64,000 bases of DNA, from assembly GCF_001194135.2 (NCBI RefSeq), contig NC_068985.1, positions 26,966,552 through 27,030,551 on the forward strand, written 5' to 3'. The notes beneath the pieces are model-generated. The model did no database searches and was not told the origin of the DNA. It saw only the letters and a list, made by a program, of their open reading frames with translations. The position numbers and the translations under genes are program-made. This document shows positions 26,510 through 38,904 of this stretch, piece by piece; position 1 is the stretch's first letter; the number at the start of each line of letters is the position of its first letter. The DNA comes from Octopus bimaculoides (taxonomy: Eukaryota).

Positions 26510-27310
26510 AACTACTGCGTCTTCGCTTCCTCCTGTCATACTGCTGTGAACCTCATGACACTTTCCGGATCCGGATCCGGAGGAGGAGGAGTCTCCTCAT
26601 CCTTTTTCTCGCTTTCGTTGGCATTCACTTTTTGTGGGGAGGGGCATTGATTGCTATGGTTGAGGGATGGGATGTCTGTCCACCTATTTCCAGGACTGGG
26701 AATTAGCTGGGCTTCTTCGCCATTTCCGGAGCTGTGACGGATAGTGCTATAGAAACTGGGGTCTGCTGGTCTTGTAGTTTACTCGGGAGCTCACGGCTGC
26801 TTTCCTCACTCCTCCAGTTCTTTGAGGCAAAAGTCCCTCAAATGGCCTTTACTGCCACATATATCATAACTAGACCTTTTGAAATACATCGTCAACCTCA
26901 TACTCTTTGTTTCGGCGCTCTCAACTAGGCAGATCTCTGGTATGGCCATGTTGTGCGTTCTAGGATTCAAAAGTTCATCTAACCCCTCCCACATATCACC
27001 TCAAATAACTCTTGCACTAACCACACGTCTATACTGCGAAACAAAGATAACGAGCACGGGTCAATATCGTTGCCAATGCCCTTGGCTTTCGCTTCTATAA
27101 TTTTCTGCTCTAAACGATGGAGTAGATGTATATCTAACTGTTTCAGCCTGTGTTTTGGCTGAGTGCCCGGTCCTGAAAGCACAGCAGAGCACAACAGTCA
27201 CGTAAGCCTTTCCACGATTAATCTAAAAACTTTCTACCAATATTTCGTGGGGTGCTTCTTCTAGTTGCTCTTAGGAAGGGAGGTGGAAACACCTACTATC
27301 CTAGGCATTA
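26510..27310 (-). pseudogene. Decayed gag-like ORF1 of an L1/Tx1-type LINE with zinc knuckle
   Basis: MWEGLDELLNPRTHNMAIPEICL..MRLTMYFKRSS-YDICGSKGHLRDFC is a CX2CX4HX4C knuckle with the first Cys changed to Tyr. It is followed by an acidic Pro-rich tail (EKKDEETPPPPDPDPES). Many stops. Confidence 0.6.
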
Positions 27311-27835
27311 TCTTTCCTGACTAATTTATTTGACTATGTCTGAATGTTGTTGTCGTTGTAACCGTCAGCATGTAGAATACTTAAACTATTCGAAATAATT
27401 TATTTTTCACTTAAATAGTCATTACTTATTTCTTTTTGTCGCAAGTGTTCAGTCTACGGTCTAATTTGCTTTTAATGTCTTTTTCTTTGTTTTGTGCTCT
27501 GACTTATGATCAATGGTCAAACCATGGTCATCCGTCTTTTGTGACTACATATACAATCCATGTTACCTTTTCCTTTTTAAAACGATAAGATGTGATTTGA
27601 GAGAGATCTACTGCTATCTCTAGCAGTTCGAGCGACGACGTCATGGTTTCTTCATTGGTGCCCTGGGTATTGTACATAAATCAGGTCATTAAGAATGAAA
27701 CGTCCGATTTTGAACTGAAAGTTTATTTTACTTTATCTCAACAAAAAGCAATGCACCTAAATTATCAACACAATTTTGCCATTTTATCAGTAGCTGATTC
27801 ATGCCGGCAGCGAAGAATTCTGGAGAGCAAGAGGT

Positions 27836-28034
27836 GATGAAATTATGAAAGGCTGTTTTTGCATCTTCTTCAGATTTGAAGTTTTTCCTTGGAAAAAATT
27901 GTCTAATGCCTGGAAAAAGTGACAGTCAGTTGGTGCAAGGTCCGATGAATATGGTGGATGACAGAGTACCTCCAAGTTCAGTTCCTATAACTTGAGTAGC
28001 GTTCTTTGTGCAACGTGTGGTCGAGCATTGTCTT
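27836..28034 (-). mobile_element. Second mariner transposase fragment (DD34D, Hsmar1/cecropia-like)
   Basis: QDNARPHVAQRTLLKL*ELNLEVLCHPPYSSDLAPTDCHFFQALDNFFQGK, with 34 residues between the two Asp. Confidence 0.85.
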
Positions 28035-28146
28035 GTGTGTGTGTGTGTGTGTGTGTGTGTCTGGGGAGAGTCATTTTCTTTTTGTGCCTTATAATTTAGC
28101 ACACTCACCGGTAAAATGTCCACTTATTTCTTATTTTTATTTTCCT
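28026..28146 (+). repeat. Unclassified interspersed repeat: ATTGTCTTG(TG)nTCTGGGGAGAGTCATTTTC...
   Basis: The same start occurs at about 30935-30978, and a longer reverse-strand copy lies at about 33226-33375. Confidence 0.7.
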
Positions 28147-28562
28147 CTTGTTCAGAATCGTTAGAAAGAGGTCCTCTGTTCGAAATGAAGGCAATAAAAC
28201 CAGAAGGTATCGTAGAGATTGCATTGGTCTTGATGCTTAGATACAGGAGAAAAAAGTCAACTGCATCCCCAGAAAAGAAAAATTAATATTTGCAACGTCT
28301 ATAATAGGAAAACTATATGACAATAAGAAAAATTAGGTCAAATAGTGAGGCAACTACTCCCTTAACTGTCCAAAACTCCTTGCATCAACAGGATCAGCAT
28401 CTTAGTGTGGGGGATAACGAGCAGACAACATGTCATGTGACGAGCCAATAATCACAATTTTTATTCAAGTTAAAAGCTAAAAATTTATTCTTATCTCTTC
28501 CCTAATAATATTTCTCTTCAAATGTTTTGTATGTGTACCGTACTGATATATATATATATATA

Positions 28563-28792
28563 CAGGTTGGCCCAAAAGTAGGTTTACAGTTTTTCAACTA
28601 TCTCTTTCGCATTCATATATTAACAGTTTAGATCCTATAAAAAAACAAAATGAAACCATTATTCTATGCTAATTTAATTTTGTCAAGCTCCCATTTCAGT
28701 TTGTAAGATAAAAATTTAAATGTAATAAAATGTTTTAAGAGAAATTTAAAGTGCCTACGTGATAACTGTAAACCTACTTTTGAGCCACCCTG
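28563..28792. mobile_element. 230-bp Tc1/mariner-type MITE
   Basis: TIR CAGG(G/T)TGGC(C/T)CAAAAGTAGGTTTACAGTT at both ends with TA on the left. A second copy starts at 63901. Confidence 0.9.
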
Positions 28793-29509
28793 TGTGTGTG
28801 TATATATATATATATANNNNNNNNNNNNNNNNNNNNNNNNNNNNNNNNNNNNNNNNNNNNNNNNNNNNNNNNNNNNNNNNNNNNNNNNNNNNNNNNNNNN
28901 NNNNNNNNNNNNNNNNNNNNNNNNNNNNNNNNNNNNNNNNNNNNNNNNNNNNNNNNNNNNNNNNNNNNNNNNNNNNNNNNNNNNNNNNNNNNNNNNNNNN
29001 NNNNNNNNNNNNNNNNNNNNNNNNNNNNNNNNNNNNNNNNNNNNNNNNNNNNNNNNNNNNNNNNNNNNNNNNNNNNNNNNNNNNNNNNNNNNNNNNNNNN
29101 NNNNNNNNNNNNNNNNNNNNNNNNNNNNNNNNNNNNNNNNNNNNNNNNNNNNNNNNNNNNNNNNNNNNNNNNNNNNNNNNNNNNNNNNNNNNNNNNNNNN
29201 NNNNNNNNNNNNNNNNNNNNNNNNNNNNNNNNNNNNNNNNNNNNNNNNNNNNNNNNNNNNNNNNNNNNNNNNNNNNNNNNNNNNNNNNNNNNNNNNNNNN
29301 NNNNNNNNNNNNNNNNNNNNNNNNNNNNNNNNNNNNNNNNNNNNNNNNNNNNNNNNNNNNNNNNNNNNNNNNNNNNNNNNNNNNNNNNNNNNNNNNNNNN
29401 NNNNNNNNNNNNNNNNNNNNNNNNNNNNNNNNNNNNNNNNNNNNNNNNNNNNNNNNNNNNNNNNNNNNNNNNNNNNNNNNNNNNNNNNNNNNNNNNNNNN
29501 NNNNNNNNN

Positions 29510-29539
<30 letters not shown>

Positions 29540-29540
<1 letters not shown>

Positions 29541-29820
29541 TACGACGGGCTTCTTTCAGTTTCCGTCTACCAAATCCATCCACAGGGCTTTGGTGGGCCC
29601 GAGGCTATAGTAGAAGACACTTGCCCAAAGTGTCACGCTGTGGGACTGAACTCGGAACCATGTGGTTGGGAAGCAAGGTACTTACCGCACAGCCACTCCT
29701 ATATATATATACGACAGGCTTCTTTCAGGTTCCGTCTACCAAATTCACTCACAAGGCTCAAGGTGCCACGCAGTGGGATTGAACCTGGAACCATGTGGTT
29801 TGGACCTCTTACTACACAGC
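29540..29820 (-). mobile_element. Two tandem SINE family B 5' halves
   Basis: GACGGGCTTCTTTCAGTTTCCGTCTACC...CACAGCCACTCC occurs twice, the second copy with an internal deletion. Confidence 0.85.
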
Positions 29821-30632
29821 GTGCATATGATGATTTAGTAGTATTGTAAATAGTTATTTAATACGTAAGAATGAGTAACTACCACCATCGTCACCACCAC
29901 CACCATCACCAAAAAAACTTCTTAGGAACACATGTCAATTTATAACATGAAAACCTTTAGGGAAACGAGCATCACGTTACAGAATCCTATGTTGCGACAA
30001 AGTTTTCAGAAACGCAGCACATCCGTAACGCGGGTAATTTAAACATATCCATGCACATACACACATGTATTGTATATGTCCAGACGTTTATATATATGAC
30101 AACGAAAAAGTGTCGTTGGTTGAGATCAAGCCTCATCGTGTGCACATGGACATATTTGTTTTGTTTACTATCTATAAATGCAATCGGCCACCAGTTGCCC
30201 GTTGCTCATCCACTGTTGTCTGTTTACAGTAATCCCTCGGTTCACCTATCGCAGTTTATTATCCAAGCTTACGTCGATTCCTCCGTGCTGTTGATTTGCA
30301 TTTATAATAAAATAAATATATACAAATTATAAAAATAATAATAACAAGTATATACAGTACAGTACTGTTTCTACTTCGCGGATGTTCACTTATCGCGTTG
30401 GGGGGNNNNNNNNNNNNNNNNNNNNNNNNNNNNNNNNNNNNNNNNNNNNNGGGGAGACACGCGATGGTCGAGTATTACTGTATTCGATCGTTGTATGTGC
30501 TCTTGCACGCGTATGTATGTATATATATATATGCGTGTGTGTGTGTGCATGTACGTATGTATACATATGACTGTGTGTGTATATATATGTGTGTATATAT
30601 ATGTGTGTATATATATGTGTGTATATATATAT

Positions 30633-31030
30633 CTTTTACTCTTTTACTTGTTTCACTCATTTGACTGCGGCCATGCTGGAGCCCCGCCTTTAGTCGAGCA
30701 AATCGACCCCAGGATTTATTTTTTGTAAGCCTATTACTTATTCTATCGGATCTCTTTTGCCAAACCGCTAATGTTACGAGGACATAAACACACCAGCATC
30801 GGTTGTCAAGTGATGTTGGGTGGACAAACACAGACACACAAACATATACACACACACATATATACCACGTGCTTCTTTCAGTTTCCGTCTACCAAATCCA
30901 TTCACAAGGCTTTGGTCGGCCCGGGGCTATAGTATTGTCTTGTGTGTGTGTGTGTGTGTCTGGGGAGAGTCATTTTCACTTGCCCAACACGCAGCCACTC
31001 CTCCGCCTGCTTACCACACAGCCACTCCTT
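30633..31030 (-). mobile_element. SINE family B copy interrupted by a (TG)n-containing repeat
   Basis: Canonical tail, internal part and head remnants. Confidence 0.85.
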
Positions 31031-31151
31031 CAAAACCCTTATTTAAAATTTTAATATAAGTTAACCATTATGATATTTTTAGCATGCTGGCCACTAATAA
31101 ATTCATTAAATAATGATTTTATCCTAATTATGTATATATATTTAATATATT

Positions 31152-32445
31152 GGCGCAGGAGTGGCTGTGTGTAGCCAGGGGTTAGTTAACTTTTTTTGTT
31201 ACCACCTCAGTAGTAAGATCAGGCTGGAGAAGAGGTACCTGTCACGAGACATTCATGAGAAGATGGAAGNNNNNNNNNNGGAGAAGAGGTACCTGTCACG
31301 AGACATTCATGAGAAGATGGAAGCCTGTGGCGAGGAAGCTGGGAGTGTTTGGCTCCAGGTAAGTGGAAGCCAAAAACGAGGGAAAGAAAAAGCAAGCGTC
31401 TACCCTGGAGGTCGATGCCTATCCTTCAGGAAAGCCATTACAAATTGCATCTGTAATGAGCAATGCTTCAATCGAACATTGTAAATATAATCCAATTATT
31501 ATTGTATATTTAAAATTGTAAATATTTAATCGATACAGCTACTTCACCCCCTTTATGTTGGTCTGTCCTTGTTCGTCCCCTCTTTGTAATGCCTTTATGG
31601 CAAATATTTATGAAATAAAGTAGCTTGCTTACCAACTACATGGTTCCGAGTTCAGTCCCACTGCGTGGCATCTTGGGCAAGTGTCTTCTACTATAGCCTC
31701 GAGCCGACCAAAGCCTTGTGAGTGAATTTGGTAGACGGAAACTGAAAGAAGCCCNNNNNNNNNNNNNNNNNNNNNNNNNNNNNNNNNNNNNNNNNNNNNN
31801 NNNNNNNNNNNNNNNNNNNNNNNNNNNNNNNNNNNNNNNNNNNNNNNNNNNNNNNNNNNNNNNNNNNNNNNNNNNNNNNNNNNNNNNNNNNNNNNNNNNN
31901 NNNNNNNNNNNNNNNNNNNNNNNNNNNNNNNNNNNNNNNNNNNNNNNNNNNNNNNNNNNNNNNNNNNNNNNNNNNNNNNNNNNNNNNNNNNNNNNNNNNN
32001 NNNNNNNNNNNNNNNNNNNNNNNNNNNNNNNNNNNNNNNNNNNNNNNNNNNNNNNNNNNNNNNNNNNNNNNNNNNNNNNNNNNNNNNNNNNNNNNNNNNN
32101 NNNNNNNNNNNNNNNNNNNNNNNNNNNNNNNNNNNNNNNNNNNNNNNNNNNNNNNNNNNNNNNNNNNNNNNNNNNNNNNNNNNNNNNNNNNNNNNNNNNN
32201 NNNNNNNNNNNNNNNNNNNNNNNNNNNNNNNNNNNNNNNNNNNNNNNNNNNNNNNNNNNNNNNNNNNNNNNNNNNGTATACCCAGATTACATATACTCCA
32301 TCTCCACCTAGCGATTCGGCAAAAGCGGCCGATAGAATAAGTACTAGGCTTACAAAGAATAAGTCCTGGGGTCGATTTGCTCGACTAAAGGCGGTGCTCC
32401 AGCATGGCCGCAGTCATATGACGGAAACAAGTAAAAGAGTAAAAG
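31152..32445 (+). mobile_element. SINE family B copy split by a LINE insertion and an N gap
   Basis: Head GGCGCAGGAGTGGCTGTGTG (31152) resumes as GTAGCTTGCTTACC at 31620. The tail is at about 32290-32445. Confidence 0.85.
31176..31619 (+). mobile_element. L1/Tx1-like LINE 3' end fragment
   Basis: FFCYHLSSKIRLEKRYLS followed by ETFMRRWKPVARKLGV resembles the L1/Tx1 ORF2 C-terminus. An AT-rich 3' UTR ends in GAAATAAA. Confidence 0.6.
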
Positions 32446-32452
32446 AATATAT

Positions 32453-32489
<37 letters not shown>

Positions 32490-32873
32490 CAGAGAGTCGG
32501 AGAGAGGCAGACAGACGGATGGACGGACGGACAGGCGCATGCATGTGTGTGTATGTGTAGTGTGTGTGTGTGTGTGTGTGTGATGGACTCTCTCGTCAAA
32601 GACGACCCATGAGCGTTATGCTTTTGCCGAACGACCTGCACAAATCGACAGATTATGAACAAGTGTCGACGTGAGCGCAGAGCAACGAGAGATGAAATGT
32701 TGTCTCAATAACAAAACACACCACCCGGTCTAGGAATTGAAATCACGATCTAGGGATCATGAGTGCAACACCCTACACACTAAGCCGTGTGTATATCTAT
32801 ATGTGTGTGTGTGTGTGTGTCTGTGTGTACATACATGCATACATACATACATTCACTACACGTACATACGTCC

Positions 32874-32907
<34 letters not shown>

Positions 32908-33565
32908 TTCAAACAATGAAACTAATTGATAATTTGGCTCTCATGGCATTATAATATTCTATCTATCTATCTATCCATCCATCTATCTATATATATATAT
33001 AGAGAGAGAGATAGAGAGAGAGATAGACTCTCAAACCTTCGGCAAAATGGCTTGTATCGAGCATATGTATACGTCTGCGAGGATGTATATGTAGTTCGTG
33101 TGTGTGTGTATTTGAGTGAGAGTATGCTCTATGTTTCTGTGTGGTGTGTGTGTGTCTGAATGAGTGTGTACAATATGTATACACGCAAATACAAATGCAA
33201 GTATATAAGACAATAATAACGGAAAGAGGTGTAAATAACGGACAGAGTTAAGACTATTGAAAGGGTTGCAAGACGCAACGAAATTTTTAGGAAAATAAAA
33301 ATAAGAAATAAGTTGGAAATTTTACCCGTGGGTGTGTTAAATTTTAAAGCACAATAAGAAAAGAAACAACGGAAAGCTTTAAAAATATACAAAAGCTTCG
33401 TGACTTCTTGTGTTTATTTACTCGCTTCGTAGCGTGTTGACGAGAGAGCGTCTTCGCGGTCGCTTAGCCTGCTAGATGTAGCAGCTAAATCTCCTCTCAA
33501 GTCAGACAGCAAAATGAAGGGAGACACCTTGCAGTGCTTGATATTTAATAAATGAATAAATATAC

Positions 33566-33770
33566 TTTTCTACTGTAGGCACAAGGTCCGAAATTTGGGG
33601 GGGGGGAGCCAATCGATTAGATCGACCCCAGTACGTAACTGGTACTTAATTTATCGACCCCGAATGGATGAAAGGCAAAGTTGACCTCAGAGGGAATTTG
33701 AACTCAGAACATAAAGACAGACGAAATACCGCTAAGCATTTCGCCCGGTGTGCTAACGAGCCAACTCGCT
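33566..33770 (-). mobile_element. SINE family A copy
   Basis: Reverse complement of the family A consensus. Confidence 0.88.
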
Positions 33771-34316
33771 GTTCATTAATAAATGAATAAATATATAAAC
33801 ATGATGTTCACGGTCGGAACGTCTTTCTCCATGAATCGGTCTGCTCGGCTATACCTGAGAGCAAGGCTAAAGATCAAATTATTTTTAGTGGAGCCAACGA
33901 AGAAACAACTCTCAAGCGATAACTCGACCAGTTAAAAATAGCAACCAAATCTCCCACAGATCTTCATTTTACCATCTTAATAGAAGGGATAGTCATGCAT
34001 ATAAAAAGAGAGAGAAAGAAAGAAAAAATGAAAGAAAGAAAGAAAGAGACGGGATGAGCACAGCTGGAATATATAATAAAGTTTGTCTTGTCTGCTCCAA
34101 CGGGGCTGACCTAAGGGCAAACAAACCGCAAGTCGTTTCATAGATATGCTCTGTGAGTATGTGCTTGTGTGTGCGTGCGAGCGAGTGTGTGTGTGTGGTG
34201 AGAAATTTCTTACTGTGCCAAGACAACAGCAGAAAATCAGTGTAGGGATGTTTATGGACCACTCTGTGAAAAAAAGACTGGTTAAAAAATGTGAGAATTG
34301 GAACGTTCTTAGATTT

Positions 34317-34379
<63 letters not shown>

Positions 34380-34448
34380 TTGTGCATCTTTTTTAGAATG
34401 TGCAACAAATATGTGCGCATATGTATGTGTGTATGTGTGTGTGTATAT

Positions 34449-34622
34449 GTTCATCGGACAGTTTTGTTAGAAACAAAACTGTCCGATGAACGGGAACGTG
34501 AAACTCTGAGTACCAGCTTTTTGTTATATTTCTGCTGCTTTTATATAAAGCATATTACTCTACCCTTGGTATTTGAGTACTCTTTTTTCCACCTTGTTGC
34601 ACATTTTATGTGCTTACTCCAG
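34449..34622 (+). mobile_element. Short PLE-like terminal element with 5' inverted duplication
   Basis: Perfect 20-bp inverted repeat (34449-68 with 34472-91, loop AGA) overlapping a hammerhead. Inserted between (TG)n and (TA)n tracts. Confidence 0.6.
34472..34525 (+). ncRNA. Minimal type I hammerhead ribozyme motif
   Basis: AACAAAACTGT-CCGATGA-ACG GGAA CGT-GAA-ACTC T GAGT-A-CCAGCTTTTTGTT. GNRA-capped stem II, palindromic stem III, UA cleavage site at 34511-12, and stem I CTG/CAG plus AACAAAA/TTTTGTT. Confidence 0.72.
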
Positions 34623-34848
34623 TATATATATATACATACACACACACACACATACACACAGGGCTGTATGTATGTAGAGTATATTACATGCAGTATATGC
34701 AGAAATAGATATGCCTCTCTCTCGCCATATCGTTATATATATATATATAAGGTGGTGCTCCAGCATGGCTACAGTCAAATGACTGAAACAAGTAAAATAT
34801 ATATATGTATATATCGAAAGATATATACATAAGCAAACTAGCTAGTTG

Positions 34849-34882
<34 letters not shown>

Positions 34883-35296
34883 NNNNNNNNNNNNNNNNNN
34901 NNNNNNNNNNNNNNNNNNNNNNNNNNNNNNNNNNNNNNNNNNNNNNNNNNNNNNNNNNNNNNNNNNNNNNNNNNNNNNNNNNNNNNNNNNNNNNNNNNNN
35001 NNNNNNNNNNNNNNNNNNNNNNNNNNNNNNNNNNNNNNNNNNNNNNNNNNNNNNNNNNNNNNNNNNNNNNNNNNNNNNNNNNNNNNNNNNNNNNNNNNNN
35101 NNNNNNNNNNNNNCCTCACAAGGGAACGATGGTCGAGGGGACACAGATAAAATGCAAACAGTTGAGTTAAATAAATCACAGATGCCTTCCATTATAATCC
35201 CGCCCCAAATAAAATAAAAAATTATGACAATGATAGCCGTCACACACATATGTGTGTTAGTGTGTACATACATATATACATATGGGTTGATGTGCC

Positions 35297-35339
<43 letters not shown>

Positions 35340-35545
35340 ATATATGCATATGGATTGATGTGCCTTTGTATGTGTGTGTGTGTACTAGCATGTGTATGTT
35401 TATTCGCATGTTTGTATCTGTCTAACGTCTAGCATTAGTACTCGGCCTAGTTTGTTTTCGAATTTTCCTATAAATTGTTGCCTTAGTAAAATGTGACTAC
35501 TGACACATGTGTACCGGTATTGTATGTGTGTATGTGTGTGCGTGC

Positions 35546-35604
<59 letters not shown>

Positions 35605-35862
35605 CATACACATTTGCGAATATCTGCTTATACATGGAACATGTGGTAATGAACATTCCCAACTCTTGTTTACAGGACTCCCACGTGAGTCTTTCGTTTA
35701 AAATATCTATGGTCTCAGATTCCAAATGGCAGTGGCTATCTATCCCATTTGCTATTTGTTCCCAAAGACTGAAGGGTCCATTTCCCAGAACCCGAGCGAA
35801 AGAGTGTATGATAGATGAATGAATAGATACGCCGACGGACAGCGAGATCGTTAGACAGACAA

Positions 35863-35965
<103 letters not shown>

Positions 35966-37221
35966 TTCTTGAGGTAAAGAGAGCGAAATATACAATATAC
36001 GATATTTGTAAAATCAACCAGAAAAATACGATGACTTTAATTTTTTTTTTTTATCGATGCTTTGATTTTTTTCATTTTCTCTCTCTCAAGATAACTTAAA
36101 AGTATAAAACTAACCTTTATGATGATGATTGCTAGATGGGGCGGTAAAACTCCATGTCACCGGATAAAAAGCATTTTAGAAACTGGCAATAGTTGTTTTA
36201 AGGGCTGGAGCAACGCTTGAGATGATGCTTCGCATAGTAGTTTCTTCATACTAGCTGGGCTTTTCACGATAGCATCACTGCTTTCCAGACGCACACACAT
36301 ACAGTTAGCTGTTTTCACACTATCACTGAACCCCCCCCCCCCCTTACCATCGCGGTAAAGAAGCATATAAAAGAAGACAAAAAAAAAACAGAAGGAACGC
36401 ACACGCACGCCGTACGCGCACGCGCAGATATCCCCTCCAACCACACGTACTGACACAAAATACTGATAAATACGCTCACAAACACATATTCATTTATCTC
36501 TCTGCATACATACATATATGCCACACATGCGATAGTGACGGCTCTCTTCATCTGAGAGAGGAATGAGTAGAACGCATCGCATTTGTCAGCAGCGCAAAGA
36601 GTTTGAAGATACATTTATGTGCGGTATGTGTGCGAGTGAGTAATAACTGTTATGTGTGCGTGTGTGTGTGTGTGTGTTTGCGTTCGTTTATGTGTCCGTA
36701 TATGCGTTTGCATGTGTCTTCATGTATATGCGTTTATTTGAGCGTTAGCGTTTATCTTCGATTTCGAATGTGAACGTGTTATGCTTGTACACAAATACCC
36801 ACACGCGTTCATGTGTGTGCACGCGCGCGTGTATGTAACAGTGTGTGTAAAAGTACGTGCGTGTATGTGTATACATTGTTTATGCAATACATATATGTAT
36901 GTATATGCGTTTATGTGAGTGTTTAAGTTTTAGTTTATGTTATATATGAATGAATGCATAAGCATTTATACGCATGTATGAATGCGTGTGTGTGTGTACG
37001 CGCGAGGTGTTTGTGCTTGTGTACGTGTATGATGCATGAATCGTCTAGTTATGCGACCTATTTTCGCAGAACAGCTGATTACGGGACAAAAGGATTTTCC
37101 TCCACCGCATTTAAGATTTATTTATCTAAAGCCCTAACAATTCCAACCACGATCTAATCACAACCACTAATTCACTACACACACACACACACACACACAC
37201 ACTCTCTCTCTCTCTCTCTCT

Positions 37222-37263
<42 letters not shown>

Positions 37264-37424
37264 GCCATGTAGAAGTAGCGTCTCGTTTTGCGTTACGTTC
37301 TTTATGAATGATTCCCTGTTCACAGAACAAGCAAGCTAGCAAGGTGGAGGTCTTCACCTCTGATTAGTAATGGGTTCTTCATATTATGGTAGATAAAATT
37401 ACACAATATATACGAAAAAATAGT

Positions 37425-37850
37425 AAATGGTTTCAAATTTTACCACAAGGGCAGCCGATTTGGGGGAGGGGATGAGTCGATTATATCGACCTCAGTGTTC
37501 AACTGGTACTCATTTTATCGACCCCGACAGGATGAAAGGCAAAGTTAATCTTGGCAGAATTTGAACTCAGATCGGAGCGACGGACGAAATATCGCTAAGC
37601 GTTCGTCCAATGTGCTAACGATTCTGCCAGCTCACCGCCTTCATATACGAAAAATAGTAATAATAATTCTTTCTACTGAGGGCACAAGGTCTAGAATTTT
37701 GTGCTCAACTGGTACTTGTTTTATCAACCTTCGAAAGGATGAAACACAAAGTCGACTTCAGCGGAATTTGAACTTAGAACGTAAGGGGTTAGATGACGTG
37801 ACGCTAAACATTGTGTCCGACACGCTCATTATTCTGTCAGCTCATCAAGC
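37425..37850 (-). mobile_element. Two tandem SINE family A copies
   Basis: Family A motifs at about 37425-37640 and 37668-37850 (second copy more decayed). Confidence 0.82.
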
Positions 37851-38046
37851 AATGAATAGAAAATACCCAGTATGTAGGGTCGGTTTAAGGTCAAATGCAG
37901 CCCTAAGCACACCGCCCAATTCTTGGCCCTTCTTGACCCTTCCATAATAAGTGTTAAATGTAAAAGTATACGGTGGGGATACATTTTTCTTCTAGGTCAT
38001 CTCCAGATCAGACCAGACTAGACCAGACTTGCCACTACATGTAACC

Positions 38047-38206
38047 AGGGGAGCCTTTAGATTCGGTCGAACCTTCCCACCCTCAAATATAATTATCATC
38101 TAGCATTTATTTTTAATTTAGTATTTTTCACTAATTTGACGAATAACAGTTGATCTATTTTAATAATTGGGAAGTCCTTCGGTTGAAATCTTGGCTGCCC
38201 CCTTGA
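38047..38206. mobile_element. Possible hAT-like MITE
   Basis: Imperfect terminal inverted match CAGGGGAGCCTTTAGATTC versus GAAATCTTGGCTGCCCCCTTG. No clear TSD. Confidence 0.35.
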
Positions 38207-38245
38207 AACCCAATAACTGTATGAAATATAATCTAACCTGTATGT

Positions 38246-38310
<65 letters not shown>

Positions 38311-38333
38311 AGATCCCAGGAACGGGTGGGTGC

Positions 38334-38410
38334 ATATGCACCAATGATATGCACCAATGATATGCACCAATGATATGCACCAGATGGACCAATGATATGC
38401 ACCAATGATA
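38334..38410. repeat. 13-bp minisatellite (ATATGCACCAATG), about 5-6 units
   Basis: Directly visible tandem array with one variant unit. Confidence 0.92.
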
Positions 38411-38704
38411 ACTGGTAGGATTAGCCTTGACATTAACTGTAGAACTAGAAATGTAGTCTACAACATAAGATGCATAGAAGGTGCTTGTAAATACATGAAC
38501 ATGACATGTATAGGGGAAACATCTAGGAGCATTGCAGAAAAACTAAATGAAAATTTGAAACAATATGACGACAAAAAACAGTCCTCCATACTCTACCAAC
38601 ATGCTAAAGACCAACATGGAGGCAACCCGGGTCGATCTGACATCCGCATTATAACCAAACACCCGAAGGACCCAACATTCAAATACAGGAGTACGTCCTC
38701 ATAA
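38405..38704 (+). pseudogene. GIY-YIG endonuclease fragment of a Penelope-like element
   Basis: NCRTRNVVYNIRC..C..MTCIGETSRSIAEKLNE..LYQH matches the PLE VVY...YIGET...R..EH pattern. Confidence 0.82.
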
Positions 38705-38904
38705 ATGAAACATCCTCAGTTTATATTTATATACAGGTAGAAAAGTTAGTGGGCTGTTATGTAGATGTATGTATGTGTGTGTGTATGTATGTATATGTGT
38801 ATGCACATGTATATAGTCAAATGGATATGAATGTAAACAGATAAACATACTGACGGATAGGTACATAGGTAATATGAACAGGCAAGCACACATACACGCA
38901 CATA

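Noticed and set aside
31226-31323. 44-bp exact direct repeat either side of a 10-N gap
   Set aside because: This is the typical signature of an unmerged contig overlap and is probably an assembly artefact.
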